Shown: positions 20,943 to 30,205 of the stretch, piece after piece
Numbering within the stretch: the stretch's first letter is position 1
Layout of the letters: each line of letters opens with the position of its first letter
Source: Trueperaceae bacterium
GTDB lineage: Bacteria; Deinococcota; Deinococci; Deinococcales; Trueperaceae
Direction: 5' to 3'
Length of the DNA: 64,000 nucleotides
Assembly: GCA_034521815.1 (NCBI GenBank)
Contig: JAXHLW010000013.1
Location: 480,001-544,000, forward strand
Program-made: the position numbers and the translations under genes
Notes under the pieces: model-generated
The model's database searches: none
What the model was told of the DNA's origin: nothing
The model's input: the letters and a program-made list of their open reading frames with translations, nothing else

Positions 20943-22238
20943 ATGCACGACGACCCCACGCCACGAGATTCCGACGGCGGCCGTGTCGGCGAGCGCCGCG
21001 ACGCGCTCCCGGTGCCCCTGCCCGACGTCCCACCCCGCCGCCGCGGGGTTCGTGGCGTCACGCTGGGCCTGCTGGCGCTGCTGGCGCTCGTCGGCGTGCT
21101 CGCGCCACGGCTGATCACCTCCCCCGAGCCGGAGCTGCAACGCGTTCAGGCCGCTCCGCCCGACCCGGTCGCGCCGCAAGGCGCGCTGGCCGAGGCGTTC
21201 AAGGTCGCTCGTCCTGCCGCGTTGCGGATCGAGGCGCGCTGCGACGGCGCGTTCCGTGGCGGACCGCTGGGGGTCGGCAGCGGCTTCTACGTCAGCCCCG
21301 AGGGCGACGTGCTCACCGCGTACCACGTCGTCGAGGGCGACGCCAACGCGATCTGTCCGATCCGCTACGTGGCGGTCGAGGCGGACGGCGACGAGCTCGA
21401 GCTCGAGCTCGTGGGCTTCGACGCCTACTTCGACCTGGCGTGGATGCGCGCGGATGTCGCGGGCGAGGTTCCCTACCTGCCGCTCGCCGAGCGCTCGCCT
21501 CGGCCCGGGACCGAGGTCGTCGCCATCGGCAACAGCCGAGGGGACGTCCTTGCGCCGAGGGCCGGGCGCGTCAGCCGGCTCGGGGTGCGGGCCAGTCGCG
21601 CGGACTTCGCGGACGGCACGATCGAGCTCACCGCTGCGCTGGCGCCCGGCGATTCGGGAGGGCCGGTCGTCACCGCCGCGGGCGAGGCGGTGGGGGTGGT
21701 GAGCTACATCAGCTTCACGCCGGGCTCGTTGCGATCGGACGCCTACGTTCCGCCGTTCCTGCAGGGGCTGTCGTTGCCCAGCGAGTTCGCGTCGTACGCC
21801 GTGCCCATCACGGCCGAAGGCGACCTGGTCACGGCGCTCAGGGTCGGCGAGCAGCGCGACGTGCCGGTGATCGGCTTCTCGTGGCGGCCAGGGTTCGACT
21901 ACGAGCCATCCGCCGGGGATCGGTCGTTCGGCGTGCGGCCGGGGCCCGTGGTCGTGAGCGTCGCCCCGGGCGGTCCCGCGGACGATGCCGGCCTGCGCTC
22001 GTACAGCGAACGGCCGGTGTACGACGACGACGGCGATCTGATCGAAGTGGAGCGCGAGGCCGACGTGATCGTCGCCGTCGACGGGGAGCCCACGCCCACG
22101 TTCTACGCGTTGCTCGAGACGATCCGTCGCAAGGGCATCGGCGAGACGGTGTCGTTGACCGTGCAGCGGGGCCGGACCACCGTGCGTCTGGAGCTGGAGC
22201 TCGGCGCGAAGCGGGACGTGTTCGCCTCGCCCCGTTGA
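20943..22238 (+). CDS. HtrA/DegP-like S1C serine protease with PDZ domain and N-terminal membrane anchor
   Basis: GSGF, LTAYHVV, FDLA and PGDSGGP triad; PDZ-like GGPADDAGL / DVIVAVDG. Confidence 0.88.
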   Translation: MHDDPTPRDSDGGRVGERRDALPVPLPDVPPRRRGVRGVTLGLLALLALVGVLAPRLITSPEPELQRVQAAPPDPVAPQGALAEAFKVARPAALRIEARCDGAFRGGPLGVGSGFYVSPEGDVLTAYHVVEGDANAICPIRYVAVEADGDELELELVGFDAYFDLAWMRADVAGEVPYLPLAERSPRPGTEVVAIGNSRGDVLAPRAGRVSRLGVRASRADFADGTIELTAALAPGDSGGPVVTAAGEAVGVVSYISFTPGSLRSDAYVPPFLQGLSLPSEFASYAVPITAEGDLVTALRVGEQRDVPVIGFSWRPGFDYEPSAGDRSFGVRPGPVVVSVAPGGPADDAGLRSYSERPVYDDDGDLIEVEREADVIVAVDGEPTPTFYALLETIRRKGIGETVSLTVQRGRTTVRLELELGAKRDVFASPR

Positions 22239-22274
22239 GGGGCGCGTCCGACGCCGTCGACGCTGGTCCGACAC

Positions 22275-22308
22275 GGTCGCGCCCCCGCAGGTATACGGGG
22301 GCGCGACC
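22275..22308. terminator. GC-rich hairpin between the convergent protease gene and tRNA-Ile
   Basis: 13-bp perfect stem ggtcgcgcccccg/cgggggcgcgacc with an 8-nt loop. Confidence 0.75.
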
Positions 22309-22312
22309 TTCG

Positions 22313-22389
22313 TGGTGGGCGATGGTGGACTCGAACCACCGACCTCGTCGTTATCAGCGACGCGCTCTAACCAACTGAGCTAATCGCCC
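22313..22389 (-). tRNA. tRNA-Ile(GAT)
   Basis: Reverse complement GGGCGAT...TAGCTCAGTTGGTTAGAGC CGTCG-CTGATAA-CGACG ...GGTTCGAGTCC...ATCGCCC-ACCA; encoded CCA. Confidence 0.97.
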
Positions 22390-22492
22390 GGGCAGCGAGC
22401 GGAAGTCTAGCACCTGGTCTCTAGGCGGTCAACCGCGTGCCCGACGCCTGGTAGCCTCCTCGGCATGAGCGCTCGCGACGACGCGTCGGACG

Positions 22493-23617
22493 GTGTCTCG
22501 GCCCGGTTGGGCGACCCGCTGGGCACACGCGGTCGAGCGCCGCGTCGATGCCTTCGTGGCTCGACTGCGGCGGCGGCGAGGCGACGGGATCGTGCAGCCG
22601 TACCTCGGCTACGGCTGTGGACGCAGCGTCCGCGTGCGGGCTCGGGTTCTACGGGAGACGGCCCTGCGTCCCTCGCTGCCGGGTGACGGCTGGAGCACGA
22701 ACGTGGTGGCTGCCTTGCGCCGATTCGCCAGCGCCGAGATCGCCGGTGCCGACGTCGCGATCGAGGTCGTCGCAGCGGCCGCCGACGGGCGTCGGCTGGC
22801 CGCCGAGGTCGTCGCGCGCGCCGATCGGGAGGGGCACCTCGACGTGATCGTCGAGCTGCCGGCCCAGGCCGCTGCAGGCTGGGCGACCGTCCGCTACCGT
22901 CTGCTCGACCCGGCGCCACGGACGCCGCGCCCGACGACGTTCGACGGTCTGGCGCTGATTCCCTCGGACGACGCGCCGTTCGGCGTGATCAGCGACCTGG
23001 ACGACACGGTTCTCGTCAGCGACGCGACGCGGCTGGTGAGGCTGGTGCAGCGCACGCTGCTCCAGAACGTGCACCATCGCTTGCCGTTTCCCGGGGTGGC
23101 AGCGCTGTATCGCGCCTTCGCCGAGACCGGGGCGCCCCTGTTCTACGTCAGCTCCAGTCCGTGGAACCTGTACCTGCCGCTGTCGCGCTTCCTGGAGCTG
23201 AACGGCGTCCCGGCGGGACCGTTGATGCTGCGCGACTGGGGCCTCGAGCTGGACGCGTCGGCGGGACGCGGGCACGCAGGTCACAAGCTGGGCGAGATCG
23301 AGGCGATCCTGGACGCCTGTCCCAGGCTTCGTTTCCTCCTGATCGGCGACTCCGGCCAGGAGGACCCGGAGATCTACGCTCGCCTGGTGGCGACCCGACC
23401 AGGACGCGTGGCAGGCGTGCTGATCCGCCACGTCGCCGGCCCCGAGCGGGCGGCGGAGGTGGACGAGCTCGCACGCGGCGTCGCGAGCGCCGGCGTTCCG
23501 TTCGAGCGCGTCGACGATTCGGCCCAGGCCGCCCGGATCGCGGCCGAGGCCGGCTGGATCGATCCGCGAGCCCGCGCGTCGGTCGAGGCCGCGAGTCGCT
23601 CGGGCGCGTCCTCGTGA
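22493..23617 (+). CDS. App1/DUF2183-like phosphatidate phosphatase family protein
   Basis: GVISDLDDT, YVSSSPWNLY, GPLMLRD, LIGDSGQEDPEIY; the true start may be ATG 22465 with an indel. Confidence 0.85.
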   Translation: MSRPGWATRWAHAVERRVDAFVARLRRRRGDGIVQPYLGYGCGRSVRVRARVLRETALRPSLPGDGWSTNVVAALRRFASAEIAGADVAIEVVAAAADGRRLAAEVVARADREGHLDVIVELPAQAAAGWATVRYRLLDPAPRTPRPTTFDGLALIPSDDAPFGVISDLDDTVLVSDATRLVRLVQRTLLQNVHHRLPFPGVAALYRAFAETGAPLFYVSSSPWNLYLPLSRFLELNGVPAGPLMLRDWGLELDASAGRGHAGHKLGEIEAILDACPRLRFLLIGDSGQEDPEIYARLVATRPGRVAGVLIRHVAGPERAAEVDELARGVASAGVPFERVDDSAQAARIAAEAGWIDPRARASVEAASRSGASS

Positions 23618-23666
23618 CGTGCCGCCTCGTGACGTGCCGCCTCGTGACGTGCCGATCGACGTGCCG
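23611..23666. repeat. 15-bp tandem repeat CTCGTGACGTGCCGC x3 plus a partial copy, starting on a stop codon
   Basis: Units at 23611, 23626 and 23641; the TGA at 23615 is the App1 stop. Confidence 0.9.
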
Positions 23667-23724
23667 AGGAGGGCATGGACCCTCGCCTACGGACGGTCCG
23701 AAAACGCGCGTGTAGCATGCGCCC

Positions 23725-24756
23725 ATGGTCCGAACCGTTCGACTCGCCAAGCCGCGCGGCTTCTGCGCCGGGGTGGTCATGGCCATCGACGCCGTCGAGG
23801 AGGCCGCGAGCGAGAACCGCGACGCGGGACGCGGCGATCTGGCCGTCTACCACGCGATCGTTCACAACGACACCGTCGTCGATCGACTGGAGCGCGAGCA
23901 TCGGGTGCACGTCGTCGAGGATCTCGCGTCGCTGGACGAGGTCCGGGAACGCATCGAGCGCTCGGGAGGCCGCCTCGACCCGACGGTCGTGTTCAGCGCG
24001 CACGGCGTGTCGCCCGCCGTGCGTGCGCAGGCACGCGAGCTGGGCTTGACCACGATCGACGCGACCTGCCCGTTGGTCACGAAGGTGCACAGCGAGTCGA
24101 AACGGTACGCCCGCGAGGGCTACCACATCCTGCTGATCGGCGATTCGAGCCGGCACCAAGAGGTGGTCGGGACCCGCGGCGAGGCGCCCGAAGCGACCAC
24201 GGTCGTGTCCGTCTTGGGCAACCGCAAGGACGATCCGGAGCTGGCCGATCCGCACACGGTCGAGGTGCCCGATCCGGCCAAGGTCGTCGTGCTGACGCAG
24301 ACGACCCTGTCGGTCGACGACACGATGCGCACCATCGCGCTGCTGCGCGAGCGGTTTCCCGCCCTCGTCGTCCCGTCGAGGGACGATCTGTGCTACGCGA
24401 CGAAGAACCGCCAGGACGCCGTCCGCGCGATCGCGGCGGAGGTCGACGCGTTCGTGGTCGTCACCAGCGACTACAGCAGCAACGGCATGCGGTTGCTGGA
24501 GCTGGCCGAGCGGCTCGTGGGGCGCGCTTACCGGGTCGAGAGCGCCGGCGATCTGGATCCGGCCTGGTTCGACGACGTCGCGTCCGTCGGCGTCAGCTCT
24601 GCGGCGTCGACGCCGGACGACCTGGTGGAGGGGGTGGTGGCCTGGTTCCGTGACCGGAATCCGGACCTCGAGCTGGTCGAGGAGGGCGAGTGGGAGGACA
24701 TCGCGTTCCGCAAGCCCAAGCGCGTACCGCCGCCGACCGCCGCCGACGGCCCGTGA
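23725..24756 (+). CDS. ispH: 4-hydroxy-3-methylbut-2-enyl diphosphate reductase
   Basis: [45 protein letters not shown]. Confidence 0.96.
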   Translation: MVRTVRLAKPRGFCAGVVMAIDAVEEAASENRDAGRGDLAVYHAIVHNDTVVDRLEREHRVHVVEDLASLDEVRERIERSGGRLDPTVVFSAHGVSPAVRAQARELGLTTIDATCPLVTKVHSESKRYAREGYHILLIGDSSRHQEVVGTRGEAPEATTVVSVLGNRKDDPELADPHTVEVPDPAKVVVLTQTTLSVDDTMRTIALLRERFPALVVPSRDDLCYATKNRQDAVRAIAAEVDAFVVVTSDYSSNGMRLLELAERLVGRAYRVESAGDLDPAWFDDVASVGVSSAASTPDDLVEGVVAWFRDRNPDLELVEEGEWEDIAFRKPKRVPPPTAADGP

Positions 24757-25892
24757 CGGTCGCGCCCCGGGCGGGAAGCCCGGTGCTGTCGGTGGCGCCG
24801 ATGATGGGGTGGACCGACCGATCGTACCGGCGGATGATGCGGCGGATCACCCGGCGAACGCTGCTGTACACCGAGATGGTCACGACCGGGGCGCTGCTTC
24901 ACGGCGACGCCGCGAGGCTGTTGGCGCGGAGCGAGGAGACCTCGCCGCTGGCGTTGCAGCTGGGAGGGGAGGACGCGCGGGCGTTGGCGCGATGCGCAGC
25001 GATGGCGGAAGCGGCGGGGTACGACGAGGTGAACCTCAACGTCGGGTGTCCCTCGGAGCGGGTGCAGCGGGGCAGGTTCGGGGCGTGCCTGATGGCCGAG
25101 CCGAACGTCGTCGCGGACGCCGTCCGGGCGATGCGCGACGCGACCGCCCTGCCGGTCACGGTGAAGCACCGGATCGGCATCGACGATCTCGACGACTATG
25201 AGCACCTGCTCCGGTTCGTGGACGTCGTCGCGGCGGCCGGTGCCGATCGCCTCACGATTCACGCCCGCAAAGCGTGGCTGCAGGGTCTCAGCCCGAAGCA
25301 GAATCGGGAGGTGCCCCCGCTCCGGCACGACGAGGTCCATCGGCTGGCCGCCGAGCGTCCCGACCTGATCGTCGAGACGAACGGCGGAATCCGGGATCTG
25401 GACAGCGCCGCCGCCCACCTGGCGCACGTGGACGCGGTGATGATCGGCCGCGCCGCGTACGAGGCGCCGATGACGCTGGCGACGGCCGATCGACGCATGT
25501 TCGGTGCCGCGTCGACGGTTCCGTCGTTGCGGGACGTGATCGAGGGGATGCGCGAGGTGATCATCGACGAGCTGGCACGCGGGACACGCCTGGCCACGGT
25601 GGTGCGGCCGATGATCGGATTGGCCCGCGGCGTGCCCGGCGCGCGTCGTTGGCGACGGGCGTTGACGGAGGGCGCGGTGCGTCGCGGCGCGGGCCCCGAG
25701 CTGATCGACGAGGCGCTCGCTCAGCTCCCGGACGCCGTGTTGGACGCCCGTCAGGATCCGGGTCCGGGCGCGCGCCCACGCGCCCGTCAGGCGGGCGAGA
25801 CGCGGAGCTCCGTTCCGCGTGGAATCGCCCAGGCCGAGGCCGCATCGCCGTCGCGCAGCGCTACCTCGACCGTTCCGAGCGATCCGAGGTAG
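24753..25892 (+). CDS. dusA: tRNA dihydrouridine synthase DusA
   Basis: [52 protein letters not shown]. Confidence 0.93.
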   Translation: MTVAPRAGSPVLSVAPMMGWTDRSYRRMMRRITRRTLLYTEMVTTGALLHGDAARLLARSEETSPLALQLGGEDARALARCAAMAEAAGYDEVNLNVGCPSERVQRGRFGACLMAEPNVVADAVRAMRDATALPVTVKHRIGIDDLDDYEHLLRFVDVVAAAGADRLTIHARKAWLQGLSPKQNREVPPLRHDEVHRLAAERPDLIVETNGGIRDLDSAAAHLAHVDAVMIGRAAYEAPMTLATADRRMFGAASTVPSLRDVIEGMREVIIDELARGTRLATVVRPMIGLARGVPGARRWRRALTEGAVRRGAGPELIDEALAQLPDAVLDARQDPGPGARPRARQAGETRSSVPRGIAQAEAASPSRSATSTVPSDPR

Positions 25893-26617
25893 GCGACCGG
25901 CTCTCCGGGCGCGACGGAGGCGAATCCCGCAGCAGGTCCCGGCACGCTGCGCCCCGCCACCCGGACCACCCAGCGCCCGCTAGGAAGACGGTCGGCAGGC
26001 ACGTCGCTGACGAGGTCGCCGAAACGATCGATCCAGACCACGCGTCCCGTCCAGGCGTCGCCCTCGTGGGTGAGCTCGGGCGTGGCGGACGTCGTCAGCT
26101 GCGCCGTCCCGACCTGCTCGCCCAGCGTGTCGGCATCGTCGCCTCGGGCCAGGCGAGCGGCTGCGGGCGCGAACAGGTCGCGGCCATCGAACGTCGTGCC
26201 CGGTCCACGGGGCGCCAGCGCCGCTGGATCGATCCGCCAGGCACGCTGGGCCCGCGCGGCGCTGGCGTACGGCGCTCGGTCGTCGCGCAGCAGCATGGTC
26301 AGCAGACCGTTGTCGGGCGCGACCGCCCAGAGCCCCCTGCCGTCCGGGTGCGCCGCGCGGACGACGATGGCGTGCCGGTCGGTCCCGACGCCGGGATCCA
26401 CGACCGCGCAGACCACCGCACCGTCCGGAAGCCAAGGCAGCGCGGCCGCGAGCTGGATCCGGGCTCCCGTCAGGTCTTGCGGCGGCAGCTCGTGGAGCAG
26501 GTCGTGAACGGCGGAACGGGGGGCGAGGCCGGCCACGACGGCGCGCATGACACCCACGTAGGCGTCGCGTAGACCGAAGTCGCTGAGCAGGAACAGGGGA
26601 GCGGTCGGGCTCTGCAT
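25787..26617 (-). CDS. DUF62 SAM hydrolase / SAM-dependent halogenase family protein
   Basis: LSDFG..D.YV, VVDPGVGTDR, APDNG, TFDGRDLFAP, IDRFG. Confidence 0.9.
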   Translation of the reverse strand: MQSPTAPLFLLSDFGLRDAYVGVMRAVVAGLAPRSAVHDLLHELPPQDLTGARIQLAAALPWLPDGAVVCAVVDPGVGTDRHAIVVRAAHPDGRGLWAVAPDNGLLTMLLRDDRAPYASAARAQRAWRIDPAALAPRGPGTTFDGRDLFAPAAARLARGDDADTLGEQVGTAQLTTSATPELTHEGDAWTGRVVWIDRFGDLVSDVPADRLPSGRWVVRVAGRSVPGPAAGFASVAPGEPVAYLGSLGTVEVALRDGDAASAWAIPRGTELRVSPA

Positions 26618-26703
26618 GAGCGCAGCGTACCGGGCGGCTCGGACCGCGTTCGCGGCGAGCGTGGCTCCCGGAAGAGCGCTCGGCCCGTGCTAGGCTCTCC
26701 GCC

Positions 26704-27081
26704 ATGGAACGATGGCTGCGAGGGATCCGGGGTGCGACCACGGTCGAGCGGGACGAGCCGGGGCTGATCCTCGAAGCGACGCGCGAGCTGCTCGTCACCA
26801 TGCTCGAGTCCAACGGCGTGTCGGATCACGAGGTGATCGCGTCGATCTTCTTCACGACGACGCCGGACCTGGTGTCGACCTTTCCCGCCGAGGCGGCGCG
26901 CGAGCTGGGTATGGACATGGTTCCCCTGATCTGCAACCAGGAGATCCCGGTCCCGGGTCGGCTGCCGAGGGCTGTGCGGGTGATGATGCAGGTGAACACC
27001 CGGCGGCGGCAACGGGAGATGAAGCACGTGTACCTGCGGGGCGCTGCGGCCCTGCGTCCAGACCTGATCAGCGCGCAGTAG
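26704..27081 (+). CDS. aroH: AroH-class chorismate mutase
   Basis: RGIRGATT, FTTTPDL, FPA.AAR, HVYLRGA..LRPDL. Confidence 0.95.
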   Translation: MERWLRGIRGATTVERDEPGLILEATRELLVTMLESNGVSDHEVIASIFFTTTPDLVSTFPAEAARELGMDMVPLICNQEIPVPGRLPRAVRVMMQVNTRRRQREMKHVYLRGAAALRPDLISAQ

Positions 27082-27102
27082 GCGCGGCCCCACCGCGGCG
27101 CT

Positions 27103-27276
27103 TCAGAACAGCGCTGCGGCGCTGCGGCGGAGCGATGCGAGCAGGTGGTCCCAACGGTTCGGCGAGGCGATCGGTCGTGGTTCCGCGGACCGGCGATGAG
27201 GCCGGGGCGTCGCGATCGTGCGTTCCGAGTGGCGTTCGCGGGCATCGCGGAACGGACGGTCTGGATGCGTAAGCAT
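27103..27276 (-). CDS. Putative small protein (57 aa, MLTHPDRPF...WDHLLASLRRSAAALF)
   Basis: GGAGG + 6 nt + ATG directly downstream of a near-consensus promoter. Confidence 0.55.
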   Translation of the reverse strand: MLTHPDRPFRDARERHSERTIATPRPHRRSAEPRPIASPNRWDHLLASLRRSAAALF

Positions 27277-27296
27277 CGGCAACCTCCAATGCATGA

Positions 27297-27326
27297 AGCA
27301 TAATCGGTGATCTACGATGCTGTCAA
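27297..27326 (-). promoter_or_regulatory. Near-consensus sigma-70 promoter TTGACA-N18-TATGCT with an inverted repeat in the spacer
   Basis: + strand agcata (27297-27302) and tgtcaa (27321-27326); ATCG-N8-CGAT in the spacer; locally AT-rich. Confidence 0.75.
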
Positions 27327-27342
27327 TAGGCACACACCGATC

Positions 27343-28383
27343 CTATTCGTGCCCGATATCGCTCCGAGGCTCGTGCAGGACCGACGCGAGCGCGTCGAGC
27401 ACGGCACGCCCGGCGTCGGCCTCGAACGTCGGAAAGCTCCGGTTCCCTCTCCGCTCGACGCGGACGAGCCCCGCTTCGCGCAGCTGCTTCAGGTGCCCCG
27501 AGACCGTGGGCTGACTGACGCCCAGCTGCCGGGCGAGATCGCCGACCGTCAGCGGCGTCGTGGGATAGCCCGCCAGCAAGCTGAGCAGCATGAGACGGGT
27601 CGGATCGGCGAGCGCCTTGGCCCGCCTCGCGACCTCCGCGACGCGCTCCTCGGTCCGCGCATGCACGTGCTCCGACTGCAGGCCGAATCCCAGCGCCGCG
27701 CGCTCGTCGGACTGCACGTGGAAGCCGCCGCCCGCGGCCAAGGCCAGTGGAACGATCCACAACCGACCGGCCTCGGCGTCGGCGCGCACCTTCGCGGCCA
27801 GGCTCTCGAACTGCGCGAAGCTGTGTTCCGGCAGGGCGCGCAGCACGTCGTCGGCACCGGCCAGCCGCTGCCGCACGCGAGCTGCGGCGGCCTCCGTGGC
27901 GGCGCGGCCCTCGCCCTCCCAGTACGGCCCGACCTCGCGCCAGAGCGCGCGCAGCGTCGAGCTCACGCGGGAAGGCCAGCCTGGGTCCGCGCGATCGACG
28001 ATCCACCTCCGCTGCGCGTCTGGAAGCTCGGACGCGGCGTCCGACGCCAGCGACGCGCGAAGTCGCGCCTCGAGGTCGGGAAGGTCGTCGATGAACCGGC
28101 GCGGGTCGTCGTCCCAGACGTAGCCGTGGTCCATCGCCAGGCCGAAGAGAACGAACGCCGGGCCGGCCTCGGCGGTTCGGTCGCCCAGCGCCGCGGCCTC
28201 CGCGGCGACGCCGGGCGCATCGCGCAGCAGTCGCTCCGTCCAAGGGGGAAGGTCCTGCGGGCTGCGTGTCGCGCCGTTCAGGTAGAAGCAGCCGTACACG
28301 AGATCCAAGGTGGCGGAGGGCGCCACGACGAGGCGAGCGCCGCTACGGCCGGTGGTGTCGACGGACAGGATGCCGTTGTCCAT
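27343..28383 (-). CDS. ArsR/SmtB-family regulator with a long N-terminal domain
   Basis: C-terminal wHTH KALADPTRL...TVGDLA..LGVSQPTVSGHLKQLREAGLV. Confidence 0.85.
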   Translation of the reverse strand: MDNGILSVDTTGRSGARLVVAPSATLDLVYGCFYLNGATRSPQDLPPWTERLLRDAPGVAAEAAALGDRTAEAGPAFVLFGLAMDHGYVWDDDPRRFIDDLPDLEARLRASLASDAASELPDAQRRWIVDRADPGWPSRVSSTLRALWREVGPYWEGEGRAATEAAAARVRQRLAGADDVLRALPEHSFAQFESLAAKVRADAEAGRLWIVPLALAAGGGFHVQSDERAALGFGLQSEHVHARTEERVAEVARRAKALADPTRLMLLSLLAGYPTTPLTVGDLARQLGVSQPTVSGHLKQLREAGLVRVERRGNRSFPTFEADAGRAVLDALASVLHEPRSDIGHE

Positions 28384-28454
28384 TGGTCTCTGCCGATCCT
28401 AGCAGTCGACCAGCCGTGACGCACGTCGTCCGCGGCGACGTACCCGTCGGCGGC

Positions 28455-28736
28455 TCAATCCCACTCGGCCACGGGGATCAGCTCGCCTCCGTCGACCGTC
28501 GCGACCTTGACCTTGTGTCCGCGGTTCAGGGTCACTTCGAGCACGGCCTGGTCGAACGACTCGGGTCCGACGAGCGCCTTGCGCACGAAGTAGCCGCCGT
28601 CGACCGAGCTCATCTCGCTGGTCTTCGACAGCCGCACGTGAATCGTCTCGCCGTTGCGCTGGGTACGGACCCGCGCGAGCAGCGCGTTGCCCTCGTCCTT
28701 GAACCGAGGATCCTGACGACGGAAGAGGCCGAACAT
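28455..28736 (-). CDS. Hypothetical protein (93 aa)
   Basis: Leaderless pattern TAGGAT + 6 nt + ATG; typical codon bias; beta-rich sequence. Confidence 0.75.
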   Translation of the reverse strand: MFGLFRRQDPRFKDEGNALLARVRTQRNGETIHVRLSKTSEMSSVDGGYFVRKALVGPESFDQAVLEVTLNRGHKVKVATVDGGELIPVAEWD

Positions 28737-28754
28737 GGCGGTATCCTACCGCAC

Positions 28755-28774
28755 GGGTCCGGGCGCCCGGACCC
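28755..28774. promoter_or_regulatory. Perfect 20-bp palindrome GGGTCCGGGCGCCCGGACCC beside overlapping divergent -10 boxes
   Basis: The sequence equals its own reverse complement; TATCCT(+) and TAGGAT(-) overlap at 28742-28748. Confidence 0.55.
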
Positions 28775-28879
28775 CCCACGTGTTCCGCGGGTCGGTTACG
28801 AGCTCGCAGGGAAGGGAGCTGCCATGTGGATCGGAGTCGCCGCACGCGGCCTCCTGCGCCTCGACCGCAGAGGAGATCC

Positions 28880-30205
28880 GTGACGTCCTCCACCAGATCC
28901 GCCAGAGCGGTGCTGGGAGCCGCGTTCGACGCCGCCGTGCGGGCGGCCGATCCAGCTCGCGTGCTGGTCGACGCGTGGCCGGACCCCCCGCGGGGGCAGG
29001 TCCTGGTGCTGGGCATGGGCAAGGCGGCCGTGAAGATGGCCGCCGCGGCCGAGGCCCACTACCGCGCCGTCGGCGTGCGCGTCCGCGGCGCCGTGTCGGC
29101 CCCGCACGGCAGCGTCGAGCGATCCGACACGGCGCCGACCACGATCGAGGTGCTCGCGGCCGGTCACCCCGTGCCCGACGCGGGCTCCGAGGTCGCCGGC
29201 AGGCGCCTCTTGCAGCTCGCTGCCCACGCCGTGGCCGACGACCTGGTGCTGGTCCTGGTGTCGGGCGGGGGGAGCGCCCTGGCCACGGTGCCCGACGGCG
29301 TGACGCGTGAGCAGCTCGCCGGGCTGAGCCGTGAGCTTCTCGCCTCCGGCGCCGACATCCGCGAGATGAACGTCGTCCGGCGTCGCCTCGACGCGATCAA
29401 AGGGGGACGGCTGGCGGCTGCGGCGCATCCCGCGCAGGTCGCAGCGTTGATCGTCTCCGACGTCGTCGGCGACGATCCGCTGGACATCGCATCGGGGCCC
29501 ACCGTCGGCGATCCTGGCGAGGCCCGTGCGGCGCTCGACGTCCTGGACCGGTACGGCGTCGCGGCACCGGCCGCTCGTGACGCCTTGCGGGCCGAGGCCG
29601 AGGGGCGCCGCGACGGTCCGCCGCGCCCGGACGACCCACGCCTCGCGCGGTGCCGGACGACGATCGTCGCGTCCGGATCCACCGGGCTGGCTGCCGCTCG
29701 CGAGGTGTTCGAGGCGGCCGGCGTGCCGACCCGTCTGCTGTCCGCCGAGGTCGTCGGCGACGCCCGCGAGGCGGGACGTCGCCACGCCCGCGAAGCGGCG
29801 TCCGTGTTGGAGCACGGCCGGCTGCTCGACGGGTCGTCGTGCCGCCCCCCGGTCGTGCTTCTCTCGGGCGGCGAGACCACCGTTCACGTGCGCGGCGAGG
29901 GCCGTGGCGGACGAAACAGCACCTTCGCGCTGGCGCTGGCGCTGGCGCTCCCGAGCGGCGCCCCGGTGCACGCTCTCGCCGCCGACAGCGACGGCATCGA
30001 CGGCGTCGGCGGCCACGCCGGCGCGTTCGTGGACCCCGGCCTGTTCGAGCGGATTCCGCGGGAGGAGGCGCGTGCTCTGGACGCGAGCGACGACTCGTAC
30101 GCCGCGTTCGAGCGGGCAGGCGGCCTGTTCACGACCGGTCCGACCGGCACCAACGTGAACGACCTGCGCTTCGTCTGGGTCCACGCCTGGAACGAGACGC
30201 GATGA
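28880..30205 (+). CDS. Glycerate 2-kinase (TtuD/GckA, MOFRL family)
   Basis: GMGKAA..MA, GHPVPD, SGGGSAL, IKGGRLA, SDVVGD...IASGPT, GGETTV, GGRN, DSDGIDG, TGTNVNDL; AGGAG RBS. Confidence 0.92.
   Translation: MTSSTRSARAVLGAAFDAAVRAADPARVLVDAWPDPPRGQVLVLGMGKAAVKMAAAAEAHYRAVGVRVRGAVSAPHGSVERSDTAPTTIEVLAAGHPVPDAGSEVAGRRLLQLAAHAVADDLVLVLVSGGGSALATVPDGVTREQLAGLSRELLASGADIREMNVVRRRLDAIKGGRLAAAAHPAQVAALIVSDVVGDDPLDIASGPTVGDPGEARAALDVLDRYGVAAPAARDALRAEAEGRRDGPPRPDDPRLARCRTTIVASGSTGLAAAREVFEAAGVPTRLLSAEVVGDAREAGRRHAREAASVLEHGRLLDGSSCRPPVVLLSGGETTVHVRGEGRGGRNSTFALALALALPSGAPVHALAADSDGIDGVGGHAGAFVDPGLFERIPREEARALDASDDSYAAFERAGGLFTTGPTGTNVNDLRFVWVHAWNETR

Noticed and set aside
22275-22389. tRNA-Ile as an integration site for an island or prophage
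   Set aside because: No integrase and no duplicated tRNA 3' end seen; flanking genes are housekeeping with normal composition
25787-25892. 106-bp convergent overlap of dusA and the DUF62 gene
   Set aside because: The overlapping DusA tail is low-complexity run-on typical of GC-rich genomes; no evidence of function
28780-28875. SRP RNA or a known riboswitch upstream of glycerate kinase
   Set aside because: The CAGG-GAAGG-like stretch lacks the SRP helix-8 AGCAG pairing, and I could not match glycine, purine or ZTP aptamer consensus by eye
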